64,000 nt of DNA from an uncultured Candidatus Saccharibacteria bacterium (GCA_964470995.1 CAYYEP010000003.1:16682-80681), one strand, 5' to 3'; numbered from the stretch's first letter, positions 48,611-57,731 are shown. The notes: generated by a model from the sequence alone, not told the origin. Numbers and translations: made by a program.

Positions 48611-49498
48611 ATGGAATCAACTTCTATAAAAACAAACGAAATATTGGCTAATCATTGCACTTACCGCATTGGCGGCCCGGCAAAGTGTTATTTTAGCGCG
48701 GCTGGCGAAGACGAGGTTGCCGCCAGTTTGGAAGTTGCCCGCGAAAACAACCTGCCCTTTTTTATTCTTGGGGGAGGTAGCAATGTTTTGTTTTCCGATG
48801 AAGGATTCCCGGGAATGGTGGTAAAAATGGATAATAATTCCATCGATGCCCGCGACAATGGGGAAAAAACTACTGTTATTGTCGGCGCCGGCACTCCGTT
48901 GGCCGCGCTGGTAAAATTCACCCGTGATAATTCTCTTACCGGAATGGAATGGGCCGCCGGGATTCCGGGGACCGTGGGCGGTGCCATCCGCGGCAACGCC
49001 GGCGCTTTTCATCATGAAGTGGGGGAAAGTGTTTTAAAGGTGCGCGTTCTGCAGGTTGTTGCCGCCGGAATCGAAACCAGACTGTTTCAAAAAAACGATT
49101 GTGCGTTCGCATATCGCAACAGCGCGTTCAAGTGCAACAAAAATCTGGTGATTGTTTCGGCCGCACTGTCGTTTGACAAGGGGGATCCGCGAAAGATCGA
49201 ATCCGAAATTCAAGAGTATCTTGCCAAAAAAAATACCACCCAGCCGCTGGACCATCCATCGGCCGGTTCAGTGTTCGCCAACCCCGAAGGTTTTTTCGCG
49301 GGTAAGATTATTGAGGAATGCGGCTTCAAAGGTAGGGTTGTCGGCGGCGCCAAGGTTTCAGAAAAACACGCCAATTTTATCGTCAATCTGGGCGGTGCGA
49401 CTGCCGCCGATGTTAAAAAGATTATTTCTTTGATTAAAAAATCCGCCCAGGAAAAATTCGGCGTTAACCTGGAAGAAGAAATCGAGATCGTGCGATAA
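48611..49498 (+). CDS. murB: UDP-N-acetylenolpyruvoylglucosamine reductase
   Basis: FAD-binding domain (CTYRIGGPAKCYF...FFILGGGSNVLFSDEGFPGMVV). C-terminal MurB domain. Confidence 0.8.
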   Translation: MESTSIKTNEILANHCTYRIGGPAKCYFSAAGEDEVAASLEVARENNLPFFILGGGSNVLFSDEGFPGMVVKMDNNSIDARDNGEKTTVIVGAGTPLAALVKFTRDNSLTGMEWAAGIPGTVGGAIRGNAGAFHHEVGESVLKVRVLQVVAAGIETRLFQKNDCAFAYRNSAFKCNKNLVIVSAALSFDKGDPRKIESEIQEYLAKKNTTQPLDHPSAGSVFANPEGFFAGKIIEECGFKGRVVGGAKVSEKHANFIVNLGGATAADVKKIISLIKKSAQEKFGVNLEEEIEIVR

Positions 49499-49520
49499 GT
49501 GCAATAAATCGGAAAAAAAG

Positions 49521-49542
49521 GAACCGCTGTTGCGGTTTTTTG
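49521..49542 (+). terminator. intrinsic terminator after murB
   Basis: aaccgc-tgtt-gcggtt followed by TTTTT. Confidence 0.6.
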
Positions 49543-49560
49543 GTTATTAAAGCCGAAATT

Positions 49561-49607
49561 TTACTTAAGTATATACTTAGTATATACTAAGTATATACTT
49601 AACTTAA
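49561..49607. repeat. three tandem copies of the 12-nt palindrome AAGTATATACTT
   Basis: ttacttAAGTATATACTTagtatatactAAGTATATACTTaacttaa. Candidate operator array. Confidence 0.7.
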
Positions 49608-49778
49608 AAAAATATTTCCCAGTTATTTTTTTTTAGTTTTCCACACTTGACAAACTTGTATGAAGTGAAAAAATAATATTAGGATACTGTAAAATTTTTT
49701 TAAAAAATTTTTCAAGTATCCAACGGTCGAAAATTTTTTTAAAAAAATAACGGACCGCAAAATGGTCCGGCAAAAAAA

Positions 49779-49847
49779 ATGGCAACAAAAAAACCTGTGA
49801 AGAAGGCTGCCAAGAAGAAGCCTGCCGCCAAGAAAAAGAGGAAGTAG
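49779..49847 (+). CDS. tiny lysine/alanine-rich ORF (22 aa, MATKKPVKKAAKKKPAAKKKRK)
   Basis: Immediately follows a cggacc/ggtccg hairpin. Composition resembles a histone H1/Hc1-like tail. Speculative. Confidence 0.25.
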   Translation: MATKKPVKKAAKKKPAAKKKRK

Positions 49848-49911
49848 TTTTCGCAAAACATTTTTTGTGAAACCGCAGTTAAAGCCAGCTTTAATAAACG
49901 ATCATAAAATT

Positions 49912-50004
49912 ATGGTGGTAGTACCGAAAAAAAAGAAGGCTCGTCCTTCAAAAGAAAATAAATTGAAAGCCCGCAAGAGCAAGAAAAGAGTTTCCAACCG
50001 GTAA
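49912..50004 (+). CDS. tiny lysine-rich ORF (30 aa, MVVVPKKKKARPSKENKLKARKSKKRVSNR)
   Basis: A second basic micro-ORF 65 nt downstream of the first. Followed by a 13-bp-stem hairpin at 50052-50093. Confidence 0.25.
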   Translation: MVVVPKKKKARPSKENKLKARKSKKRVSNR

Positions 50005-50051
50005 TTTCTCGCACTGGCAAACTTTTTTCCCGGATAGGGAAGTAAAAATTA

Positions 50052-50093
50052 AAGCAGCTTTAACAACAAAAGGAATATTCTAAACAAATATCC
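50052..50093 (+). other. 13-bp perfect stem hairpin (terminator or regulatory hairpin)
   Basis: AACAACAAAAGGA-(16 nt loop)-TCCTTTTGTTGTT. Confidence 0.35.
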
Positions 50094-50461
50094 TTTTGTT
50101 GTTGCGTTTATATTGCAATCTCAACCGTGCCGCCGGTTTTTTTATTTACCTGCCAGAATACCTCGGAGCTTTGCCGCGGGGATGAATGGCGGCCGCAGCG
50201 TCGCGGAGGCTAAAAACTTACTCTTCCTAACGCGCAGCGTAAGCGGAGCGGAAGGAATACCTCTGAGCTTTGCCGCGGGGTAGTTTATTTGTATTGGCGG
50301 TAGCTCCCATAGGCGTCGCCAATTGGAGCTTGTGTATTTCGGATTTTTTAAACTTTGATATAATAACTGTACTTCGAGGTATTTTAATTGACCGGCCGCG
50401 CCGATTTATCCGATACAATACATATATGTTTCGGAAAGATTTTCGCGGCGGTTCGTCAAAG

Positions 50462-50809
50462 ATGAATATTATAATCCGGACAAAAAATATCGAAATGACC
50501 CCGACGTTGCGCGAATTCATCGAGACGAAGATAGGTTCCATAGAAAAATACTGCCGTGATTGCCAGGTTGACGACCAGCCGGGGCTGACGGCGGCCGCCG
50601 AAGCCATTGTGGAGGCGGGCAAGGACACTTTGCATCACAAAAAAGGCGACGTCTATACGGCACAGTGTCAGTTTACTTTTAACGGCAATAAAGTTTTGGC
50701 CCGCACCGAAGCCGATGACCTGGAAAAAGCAGTCACCGCGGTTCGCGATGATCTGCAGGACCAATTGACCCGCCTAAAAGGCAAACGCCTTGATAAAAAT
50801 AGAAAATAA
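50462..50809 (+). CDS. hpf: ribosome hibernation promoting factor (HPF/RaiA/YfiA family)
   Basis: MNIIIRTKNIEMTPTLREFIETKIGSIEKY is a typical HPF N-terminus. About 115 aa. The upstream part of the track ORF (50270-) is unlikely to be coding. Confidence 0.7.
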   Translation: MNIIIRTKNIEMTPTLREFIETKIGSIEKYCRDCQVDDQPGLTAAAEAIVEAGKDTLHHKKGDVYTAQCQFTFNGNKVLARTEADDLEKAVTAVRDDLQDQLTRLKGKRLDKNRK

Positions 50810-51105
50810 TGAAAATGTTCCATCGAGGTGGTTGGTAGTGAAAAGGTATTTTGTAATAAATGCCATCGGGAAGTATTTAATCCTGGTTGGTATGAGAAAT
50901 GCCCCCATTGCGAAGGAAAGGTGAAAGCAATTTAAAAAGGGGTGCGCCAGAAGCGCAACCCCTTTCTTTTTTTTGTAATTCCACTACAATATAAAATTCG
51001 GCGATTTATGAACCGCGATTTGTGATTTAAAAATTATAACGCGGTATTTTATATTTATTCATAAAACATAATTCATAAATCATAAATCAAGCATTTAGAT
51101 TAGAT

Positions 51106-53538
51106 ATGTCTTTTTTAACCAAAATTTTCGGCGACGAAAATAAAAATTACTTTAAGAAACTCCAGCCCGACGTGGACGCGATCAATGCCCTGGAACCGGA
51201 GTTCAAGGCGCTTGACGACGTCGGTTTGCTTGCCAAAACCGCCGAGTTCAAGGAGCGGCGGGCGAAAGGGGAGGCGCTCGACAGCCTGATGCGCGAAGCT
51301 TTTGCCTTAGTGCGCGAAGCGGCTCGGCGTAATTTGGGCCAGCGGCATTTTGACGTCCAGTTGATGGGTGGCATTGTCCTGCACCAGGGCAAAATCGCGG
51401 AGATGCGCACCGGCGAAGGCAAGACTTTGACCGCGACCTTGTCCGTATATTTAAACGCCTTATCAGGATTAGGCGTGCATTTGGTGACGGTCAACGATTA
51501 TCTGGCCCGCCGCGACGCGGTTTGGATGGGCCAGGTTTACCACGCACTGGGTCTTTCGACCGGTTGTATTAACCACGACCAGTCATTTGTCTATGATCCG
51601 GAATATAAAAAAGCCCAGGAAAGCGAAGATACCATGCGCGATAACTTAGGTTCGTTCCATGTGTCGCAGGATTTTTTGCGTCCCTGCAGCCGCCGCCAGG
51701 CTTACGCGGCCGATATTACTTATGGCACCAACAATGAGTTTGGTTTCGACTATTTGCGCGACAATATGGTTTATCGCATCGAGGATCGCGTTCAGCGCGA
51801 ACCAAATTACGCAATTGTCGACGAGGTTGATTCCATTTTGATCGATGAAGCCCGCACTCCTCTCATAATTTCGGCACCCGACGAGGAAAGCTCCAAATGG
51901 TACCAGGATTTCGCGCGTATCATTCCGCAGTTGAAGGAAAAGGAAGATTACGAAGTTGACGAAAAAGACCGCGCCTCCACGCTAAGCGAGAATGGCATCG
52001 TCAAAGTGGAAAAGATAATGGGGGTGGATAACATATATGAAGAGAAGGGCGTTAAATACCTGCACCATCTGGAACAGGCCCTGCGCGCCCAGGCGCTTTA
52101 CCGTGCGGACCGCGATTATGTGGTCAAAGACGGCCAGGTCATCATTATTGACGAATTCACGGGTCGTTTAATGCCCGGGCGGCGGTGGTCGGGCGGCCTG
52201 CATCAGGCCATTGAAGCTAAAGAGGGCGTCCAGGTAAAACCCGAATCGCTGACGCTGGCGTCCATTACTTTCCAAAACCTTTTTAGAATGTACAAAAAAC
52301 TGGCGGGAATGACCGGTACGGCCATTACGTCGGCCGAAGAATTTGATAAAGTTTACAGCCTCGACTCGATTCCTATCCCGACCAACAAATCCATTAGCCG
52401 CGTCGATCTGCCCGACCGGGTTTACAAAACCGAAACCGCCAAATATAACGCCGTGGTGGCCGAGATCAAAGATCGTTCTAGTAAGGGCCAGCCGGTGCTG
52501 GTCGGCACCCGCTCGGTGGAAAAAAATGAATATTTAACCAAACTTCTTGAGCGGGAGGGCATTAAACACGAGGTTTTGAACGCCAAGAACCACGAACGCG
52601 AAGGCGAGATCATTGCCCAAGCGGGAAGCCTTGGCGCGGTGACGATCGCTACCAATATGGCCGGCCGCGGCGTCGATATTCTTTTGGGCGGCAATCCTCC
52701 CGAACCGCAGAGCGTCCAAAAGGTGCGCGATGCCGGCGGTTTGTTTATTATTGGCACCGAGCGCCACGAAGCCCGCCGCATCGACAACCAGCTGCGGGGC
52801 CGCGGCGGCCGCCAGGGCGATCCGGGTACAACCCAGTTCTTCATCTCTCTCGAGGACGACCTCCTGCGCATTTTTGGCGGCGAACAGATGAAAAAACTTA
52901 TGGATATGCTCAAGGTTCCCGAGGACCAGCCGATCGAATCGGGAATGCTTTCCAAGCGCATCGAAGAAGCCCAAACCAAGATCGAGGGTATGCATTTTGA
53001 CACCCGCAAGCACCTGCTGGACTATGATAGCGTGATGAATAAACAGCGCGAGGTAATCTATAAAAAACGCGTCGATATTCTGAATATGGCCGATGAACAG
53101 GTTCGCGGGTATATTACAGAATTAGCCGCCAAGGGCGAGGCGGCCGAAAAATATTTGGAACGGGAAAAGGAAAACGGTGTCGAAGCCATGGTTCGCGCGG
53201 CGCGCTTCATCGCTCTCAAAACAATCGATTTTTTCTGGCAGGAGCATTTGGAATTGATGGACAATGTGCGCGATTCGGTGCGTCTGCGCGCCTACGGTCA
53301 GCAGGATCCTTTGGTTGAATATAAAAATGAAGCCAATAAGCAGTTTCGCATCCTTTTGGATACCGTGGAAGCCAACATTCTGCAGAATATTTTAAACGTT
53401 ACGATTAATAAGAATGTAACTGCTTCTGCTCCCGTGGCCGCCAGTTCCGGACCCACTGCCGATTACGGTAAGGTTGACCGCAATGCCCCTTGTCCGTGCG
53501 GCAGCGGCAAAAAATATAAGAAATGCTGCGGCAAATAA
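51106..53538 (+). CDS. secA: preprotein translocase ATPase SecA
   Basis: 810 aa. Walker A (MRTGEGKTL). [17 protein letters not shown] motif. C-terminal zinc motif [14 protein letters not shown]. Confidence 0.93.
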   Translation: MSFLTKIFGDENKNYFKKLQPDVDAINALEPEFKALDDVGLLAKTAEFKERRAKGEALDSLMREAFALVREAARRNLGQRHFDVQLMGGIVLHQGKIAEMRTGEGKTLTATLSVYLNALSGLGVHLVTVNDYLARRDAVWMGQVYHALGLSTGCINHDQSFVYDPEYKKAQESEDTMRDNLGSFHVSQDFLRPCSRRQAYAADITYGTNNEFGFDYLRDNMVYRIEDRVQREPNYAIVDEVDSILIDEARTPLIISAPDEESSKWYQDFARIIPQLKEKEDYEVDEKDRASTLSENGIVKVEKIMGVDNIYEEKGVKYLHHLEQALRAQALYRADRDYVVKDGQVIIIDEFTGRLMPGRRWSGGLHQAIEAKEGVQVKPESLTLASITFQNLFRMYKKLAGMTGTAITSAEEFDKVYSLDSIPIPTNKSISRVDLPDRVYKTETAKYNAVVAEIKDRSSKGQPVLVGTRSVEKNEYLTKLLEREGIKHEVLNAKNHEREGEIIAQAGSLGAVTIATNMAGRGVDILLGGNPPEPQSVQKVRDAGGLFIIGTERHEARRIDNQLRGRGGRQGDPGTTQFFISLEDDLLRIFGGEQMKKLMDMLKVPEDQPIESGMLSKRIEEAQTKIEGMHFDTRKHLLDYDSVMNKQREVIYKKRVDILNMADEQVRGYITELAAKGEAAEKYLEREKENGVEAMVRAARFIALKTIDFFWQEHLELMDNVRDSVRLRAYGQQDPLVEYKNEANKQFRILLDTVEANILQNILNVTINKNVTASAPVAASSGPTADYGKVDRNAPCPCGSGKKYKKCCGK

Positions 53539-53557
53539 AAAATATTCACCCCGTAAC

Positions 53558-53617
53558 CGTATTTTGAGATCGTACCTCGGCGTAATCGCCGAGGTGCGAT
53601 CTCGGCAAACTCGCATT
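53558..53617. repeat. REP-like hairpin element
   Basis: cgtattttgaGATCGTACCTCGGCGtaatCGCCGAGGTGCGATCtcggcaaactcgcattt, followed by aactgtttttttt. Confidence 0.7.
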
Positions 53618-53644
53618 TAACTGTTTTTTTTGCCCCGACACGCC

Positions 53645-54088
53645 ATGCAATCCGAAAGATTTAAATTGATTCCCGCGGTTTATCTTTTCCTCATAAAAGA
53701 CGGGAAAATTTTGCTTTCGCGCCGGTTTCAGACCGGGTATCGGGACGGCAGCTACAGTCTGCCCGCCGGCCATTTGAACGGCAACGAATCGATGCGGGCC
53801 GCGCTTATTCGCGAGGCCAAGGAAGAGGCGGGGATCGATATCGATCCTCGCGAGCTTGAATTCGCGTTATTGATGCACCGTTCGGCCGAAACCAACGATC
53901 ACGAACGGATGGATATTTTTTTCACCGCCGCGAAGTGGCAAGGCAACATAAGTAATACCGAACCCGACAAATGCGACGATCTGTCATGGTTCGACCTGGA
54001 CCGTTTGCCCGAAAATACGGTTGACTACGTTAAAGTGGCTATCGGCTGCCATTTGAAAGGTGATAAGTATTGCGAATTCGGCTGGTAA
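53645..54088 (+). CDS. NUDIX hydrolase
   Basis: Nudix box GHLNGNESMRAALIREAKEEAGI. Confidence 0.7.
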   Translation: MQSERFKLIPAVYLFLIKDGKILLSRRFQTGYRDGSYSLPAGHLNGNESMRAALIREAKEEAGIDIDPRELEFALLMHRSAETNDHERMDIFFTAAKWQGNISNTEPDKCDDLSWFDLDRLPENTVDYVKVAIGCHLKGDKYCEFGW

Positions 54089-54434
54089 AATCAATATAGC
54101 TTAAAAAATGATCCAATGAACGCCGATTTTCATAAATATCTGATCGGCCCGTGGCACGAACTTTCGCTGGCCTAACCACTTGGCAATACTGGCCGCGAAG
54201 TCAGCTGGACACGCCAAAATCAAGGCAAAGACAAAAAATTCTGGGGTATGTTGCGCGCGGCCAAGAATTATTTTTTAAAACGCTATTCGACGGGTGCCGG
54301 TCAAAATGGAAGGAAAAAAATAAGCTGTGCGTATGAAATTTTTTGCGGCTCGGTTCTGGAGGTAGGGCCTATGGCGGCGATCTGGAATCGCCGGATAAAT
54401 GTTTTAATTATTTTGCGATACTGGCAGTTTCAAA

Positions 54435-54800
54435 ATGAAAAATAATTCCAAGTCATTGGGCACCGCCAAGCAATTTCTGGGCAAGAAAGTTGAAGTTGTC
54501 GTTGACCGCAAATTTGGGAGCAAGCATCCCAAGTTTGGTTTTGTTTACGAAGTAAATTACGGTTATGTTTCGGGCGTAAAAATGCCCGATGGAGAAGACC
54601 TTGATTGCTATTGTTTGGGATGGGATACACCTCAAGAAAAAATCAGGGGCAGGGCAGTGGCGGTGGTTCATCGTCTTGATGACGATGATGATAAACTAGT
54701 TGTGGCGGCCCCCGGATTATCTTTGGAGCCAGCCGATATTGGAAGGGCGGTCGCCTTTCAAGAAAAATATTTCCGCCACGACTTGTTATTAGCCGATTGA
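54435..54800 (+). CDS. short inorganic-pyrophosphatase-like protein (family I PPase core, about 121 aa)
   Basis: EVNYGYVSG...DGEDLDCYCLG...RAVAVVHRLDDDDDKLVVAAPG aligns to the PPase NYGxI...DGDPLDVLV...DE.G.D.K core. Shorter than canonical PPases. Confidence 0.45.
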   Translation: MKNNSKSLGTAKQFLGKKVEVVVDRKFGSKHPKFGFVYEVNYGYVSGVKMPDGEDLDCYCLGWDTPQEKIRGRAVAVVHRLDDDDDKLVVAAPGLSLEPADIGRAVAFQEKYFRHDLLLAD

Positions 54801-54897
54801 ATTCCTTTGCGATCGGAAGTTGGACTTTTACCGTTTTTTATGGTATTTTGGGTTCGAATAAATTGGACTGGCCGGTTTTGCCGGTTTTGAATATATT

Positions 54898-56334
54898 ATG
54901 AAAAAGAACAATCTGTGGTCGCTAATATTTATTTTTGTTTTGGCGGCGGTTTCGGCGGTATTTTGTTTTCCGCAATATGTGAATCCGTATATCGATAAGG
55001 TTAATTCCCGGTTGAAATGGGCTGTCCCGCATGTTTCCGAAAAACCATTCACGCTTGGTTTGGACGTTAAAGGCGGAGTGCATCTGGAATATCAAGCCGA
55101 TCTTTCTTCGGTAGCCGAAGACCAGCGCGCCAGCATGATGGAGGGCGTTAAGGATCTCATCGACCGGCGCATCAACAGCTACGGAGTGGCCGAACCCCAG
55201 ATTCAGATTTCCGGAGAGGACCGCTTGATCGTGGAGCTTCCCGGCATCGACAGCATCCAGGACGCCATTGACTGGATCGGCGCGACTCCCTGGTTGAGTT
55301 TCTCCGAGCTTCGCGCCCAGGAAGAAACCGATGCGATTCTTGCCAAGATCAAGGAGTTCGAAGGTAAATCCACCGAAGAGATTATACAGATACCGGATTA
55401 CCAGCTGGCTCTGCAAAACCCTTATTATAAAGAAACCGAATTAAGCGGCAAATATTTGGAAAGAGCCACTTTAAGCTTTGATCAGAACACCGGCGCGCCG
55501 TTGGTTTTGCTCAAATTCAATGATGAGGGCGCCAAAGTTTTTGAAACCGTAACCGAGCGCAATATAGGAAAGAGTATGGCTATTTATCTGGACGGTCTTT
55601 CGATCATTGATACCAACGGCGATAACGCGATTGACGGTGGCGATCTCTACGCTCCCCGGGTTAACGAAAAAATCACGGGCGGTTCGGCGCAAATCACCGG
55701 TATTTCCAGTATCGCGGAAGCCAAGACGCTGGTCAAACGCCTCAATGAAGGCGCTCTGCCCGTACCATTGGGGAATCCGATAACCCAGCAAAAAATCGGT
55801 CCGACTTTGGGCGCGGTGTCGCTGGAACAAGCCGTGAAAGCCGGTATTTACGGCTTTCTGATCGTAATCGTCTTTATGGTGCTTTATTACCGCATTCCCG
55901 GTCTGCTGGCCTCGCTGGCTTTGGCGCTTTACGGGGTGGTCCTGCTGGCGATATTCAAGTTCATGGGCGTGACGATGAGTCTGGCTGGTATCGGCGGCTT
56001 CATCCTGTCGGTAGGTATGGCCGTTGACGCCAACGTGCTGATATTCTCCCGAATGAAAGAGGAATTAGGCAACGGCAAAAGCTTGGTTGCCAGCATCGAG
56101 GAAGGCTTTAAACGCGCTTGGCCGGCCATCCGCGACGGAAATTTTACCACGATCGTGGTCGCGCTGATTCTTTTTTTCCTGGGAACCAGTTTCGTTAAAG
56201 GCTTTGCCGCAACCCTGATTTGGGGTATCTTCCTTTCGATGTATTCGGCGATCGTCGTGACCCGGACATTCCTGCGACTTGTTGCCGGAACCAAACTGGG
56301 TAAGACAGCCGGGTTATGGAAGCCTCTCGCCTGA
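54898..56334 (+). CDS. secD: protein-export membrane protein SecD
   Basis: N-terminal TM. GLDVKGGVHLEYQ periplasmic P1 domain. C-terminal six TM. Confidence 0.8.
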   Translation: MKKNNLWSLIFIFVLAAVSAVFCFPQYVNPYIDKVNSRLKWAVPHVSEKPFTLGLDVKGGVHLEYQADLSSVAEDQRASMMEGVKDLIDRRINSYGVAEPQIQISGEDRLIVELPGIDSIQDAIDWIGATPWLSFSELRAQEETDAILAKIKEFEGKSTEEIIQIPDYQLALQNPYYKETELSGKYLERATLSFDQNTGAPLVLLKFNDEGAKVFETVTERNIGKSMAIYLDGLSIIDTNGDNAIDGGDLYAPRVNEKITGGSAQITGISSIAEAKTLVKRLNEGALPVPLGNPITQQKIGPTLGAVSLEQAVKAGIYGFLIVIVFMVLYYRIPGLLASLALALYGVVLLAIFKFMGVTMSLAGIGGFILSVGMAVDANVLIFSRMKEELGNGKSLVASIEEGFKRAWPAIRDGNFTTIVVALILFFLGTSFVKGFAATLIWGIFLSMYSAIVVTRTFLRLVAGTKLGKTAGLWKPLA

Positions 56335-56444
56335 TCCAGAAGCTAATAGGAACTTGTTGAAATCGGTCGAAACTTATCGCATAATGCACAATAAATTTCT
56401 ATTAATTTCACGAAGCTAGTTTCAATAAATTTCAGAATTAAACC

Positions 56445-57350
56445 ATGATTCCATTCATCAAATACAAGAAGTTCTTCATCGTTTTGACCATGGTGGCAAT
56501 GGCTGTCAGTGTCGCCGCAATCGCTGTTTACAAGCTTAAGCCCGGCATTGAATTTACCGGCGGCAGCGTGATCAACCTTGAGTATAGCAATACCCGTCCG
56601 GATAACGCGGCGGTTTTGGCTAAGATTTCCGAATTAAACCTTGGCGATGTTCCTACGATTTACGCCGAAGGCGAAAAGGGGCTGATAATTCGCACGATTA
56701 CTTTGGAAGAATCCCGGCACGCCGCGATTCTTGAAAAACTGAAGGAAACCGGCGATTTCCAGGAAAAAAGCTTTGAATCCATCGGCCCGGTGGTGGGACA
56801 GGAGTTAACCTCAAAAATGTCGGTTTTAATCACGATATCCCTGCTGGCGATGCTGGTCTATATTGCCGTTGCCTTCAGGAATGTTCCCGGACCGGTTTCG
56901 GCATGGCAGTACGGCGCAGCCTCGTTTTTGATCCTGGCGCACGACGTTTTGGTGCCGCTGGGGATATTCGCGGTTCTGGGCGCCCAATACGGAGTGCAGA
57001 TCACCATCCCGGTTATCACGGCCCTGCTGACCGTGGTCGGCTATGCCATCAACAATGTAATTGTGGTTTACGATCGCATCCGTGAAAATCTGTTGCGCGA
57101 TCATCGGGCACCGTTTAATCAGATTGCCGACCGCGCCGTCAACCAGACCTTAAGCCGCCAGATAAACACTTCGGTAGCAACGCTCATTCCGGTTTTTGCC
57201 ATTTATTTTTGGGCGGGAGCCAGCCTTAAATATTTTGCGCTGGCGCTTATTTTAGGCATCATTACCGGCACTTATTCATCGGTATTTTTGGCCAGTCAGA
57301 TTTTGGCGGTATGGATGGATTTTGACAGGAAAAAAAGCGCGCGGCACTAG
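56445..57350 (+). CDS. secF: protein-export membrane protein SecF
   Basis: N-terminal TM. IEFTGGSVINLEY motif. C-terminal TM bundle. Confidence 0.8.
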   Translation: MIPFIKYKKFFIVLTMVAMAVSVAAIAVYKLKPGIEFTGGSVINLEYSNTRPDNAAVLAKISELNLGDVPTIYAEGEKGLIIRTITLEESRHAAILEKLKETGDFQEKSFESIGPVVGQELTSKMSVLITISLLAMLVYIAVAFRNVPGPVSAWQYGAASFLILAHDVLVPLGIFAVLGAQYGVQITIPVITALLTVVGYAINNVIVVYDRIRENLLRDHRAPFNQIADRAVNQTLSRQINTSVATLIPVFAIYFWAGASLKYFALALILGIITGTYSSVFLASQILAVWMDFDRKKSARH

Positions 57351-57430
57351 CGCGGTTTCGCGCCAAATATGCGGAATCATCCCGGTAGCGCACCAGAGAC
57401 AATAAACCGCCAACCCGTTTTTAGCTTCAA

Positions 57431-57451
57431 AACAGGCCTTTAAGGCCTGTT
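57431..57451 (+). terminator. intrinsic terminator after secF
   Basis: aacaggcct-tta-aggcctgtt (9-bp stem) followed by a T-run. Confidence 0.55.
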
Positions 57452-57479
57452 TGACAAATATTTGAAAATACTATATAAT
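57451..57479 (+). promoter_or_regulatory. consensus sigma-70 promoter (TTGACA-17-TATAAT)
   Basis: ttgaca at 57451-57456. 17-nt spacer aatatttgaaaatacta. tataat at 57474-57479. Exact match to the consensus. Confidence 0.6.
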
Positions 57480-57521
57480 AATTAAAGACCAAAAAAAGGG
57501 TTTATTGAACAAATCTTAATA

Positions 57522-57680
57522 CCCCGCGCGTTTTCCGCCGCGACTGCGGCGGGGCGCCTCCCGTAATCGGGAGGAAGCGGGGGGGATGAAGATTTTTCCC
57601 CGCAGTATGCGGGGGACGCCTGGAGCAAGGCGGAAGGCGGTTCAACCAAGATCACGTAGCGTTTGTCCCGGGGAGATTCA
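57522..57680 (+). ncRNA. candidate structured RNA / structured 5' leader (unidentified)
   Basis: A GC-rich island in an AT-rich spacer, about 45 nt downstream of the consensus promoter. Three consecutive perfect hairpins: ccgccgc-gact-gcggcgg, cctccc-gtaatc-gggagg, ccccgca-gta-tgcgggg. Confidence 0.35.
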
Positions 57681-57731
57681 TTGTAGTTTTCAATAATTTC
57701 ATAATGAAAATAAATTAAAAGTCGTAAAAGC

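Noticed and set aside
52422-53013. Two minus-strand ORFs (195 and 159 aa) inside secA
   Set aside because: They are antisense to the highly conserved secA.
57522-57680. Assignment of the GC-rich structured region as SRP (4.5S) RNA
   Set aside because: Only a loose gggaggaagcgg resemblance to the domain-IV motif. No GGAA tetraloop and no long terminal helix. Kept as an unassigned ncRNA candidate instead.
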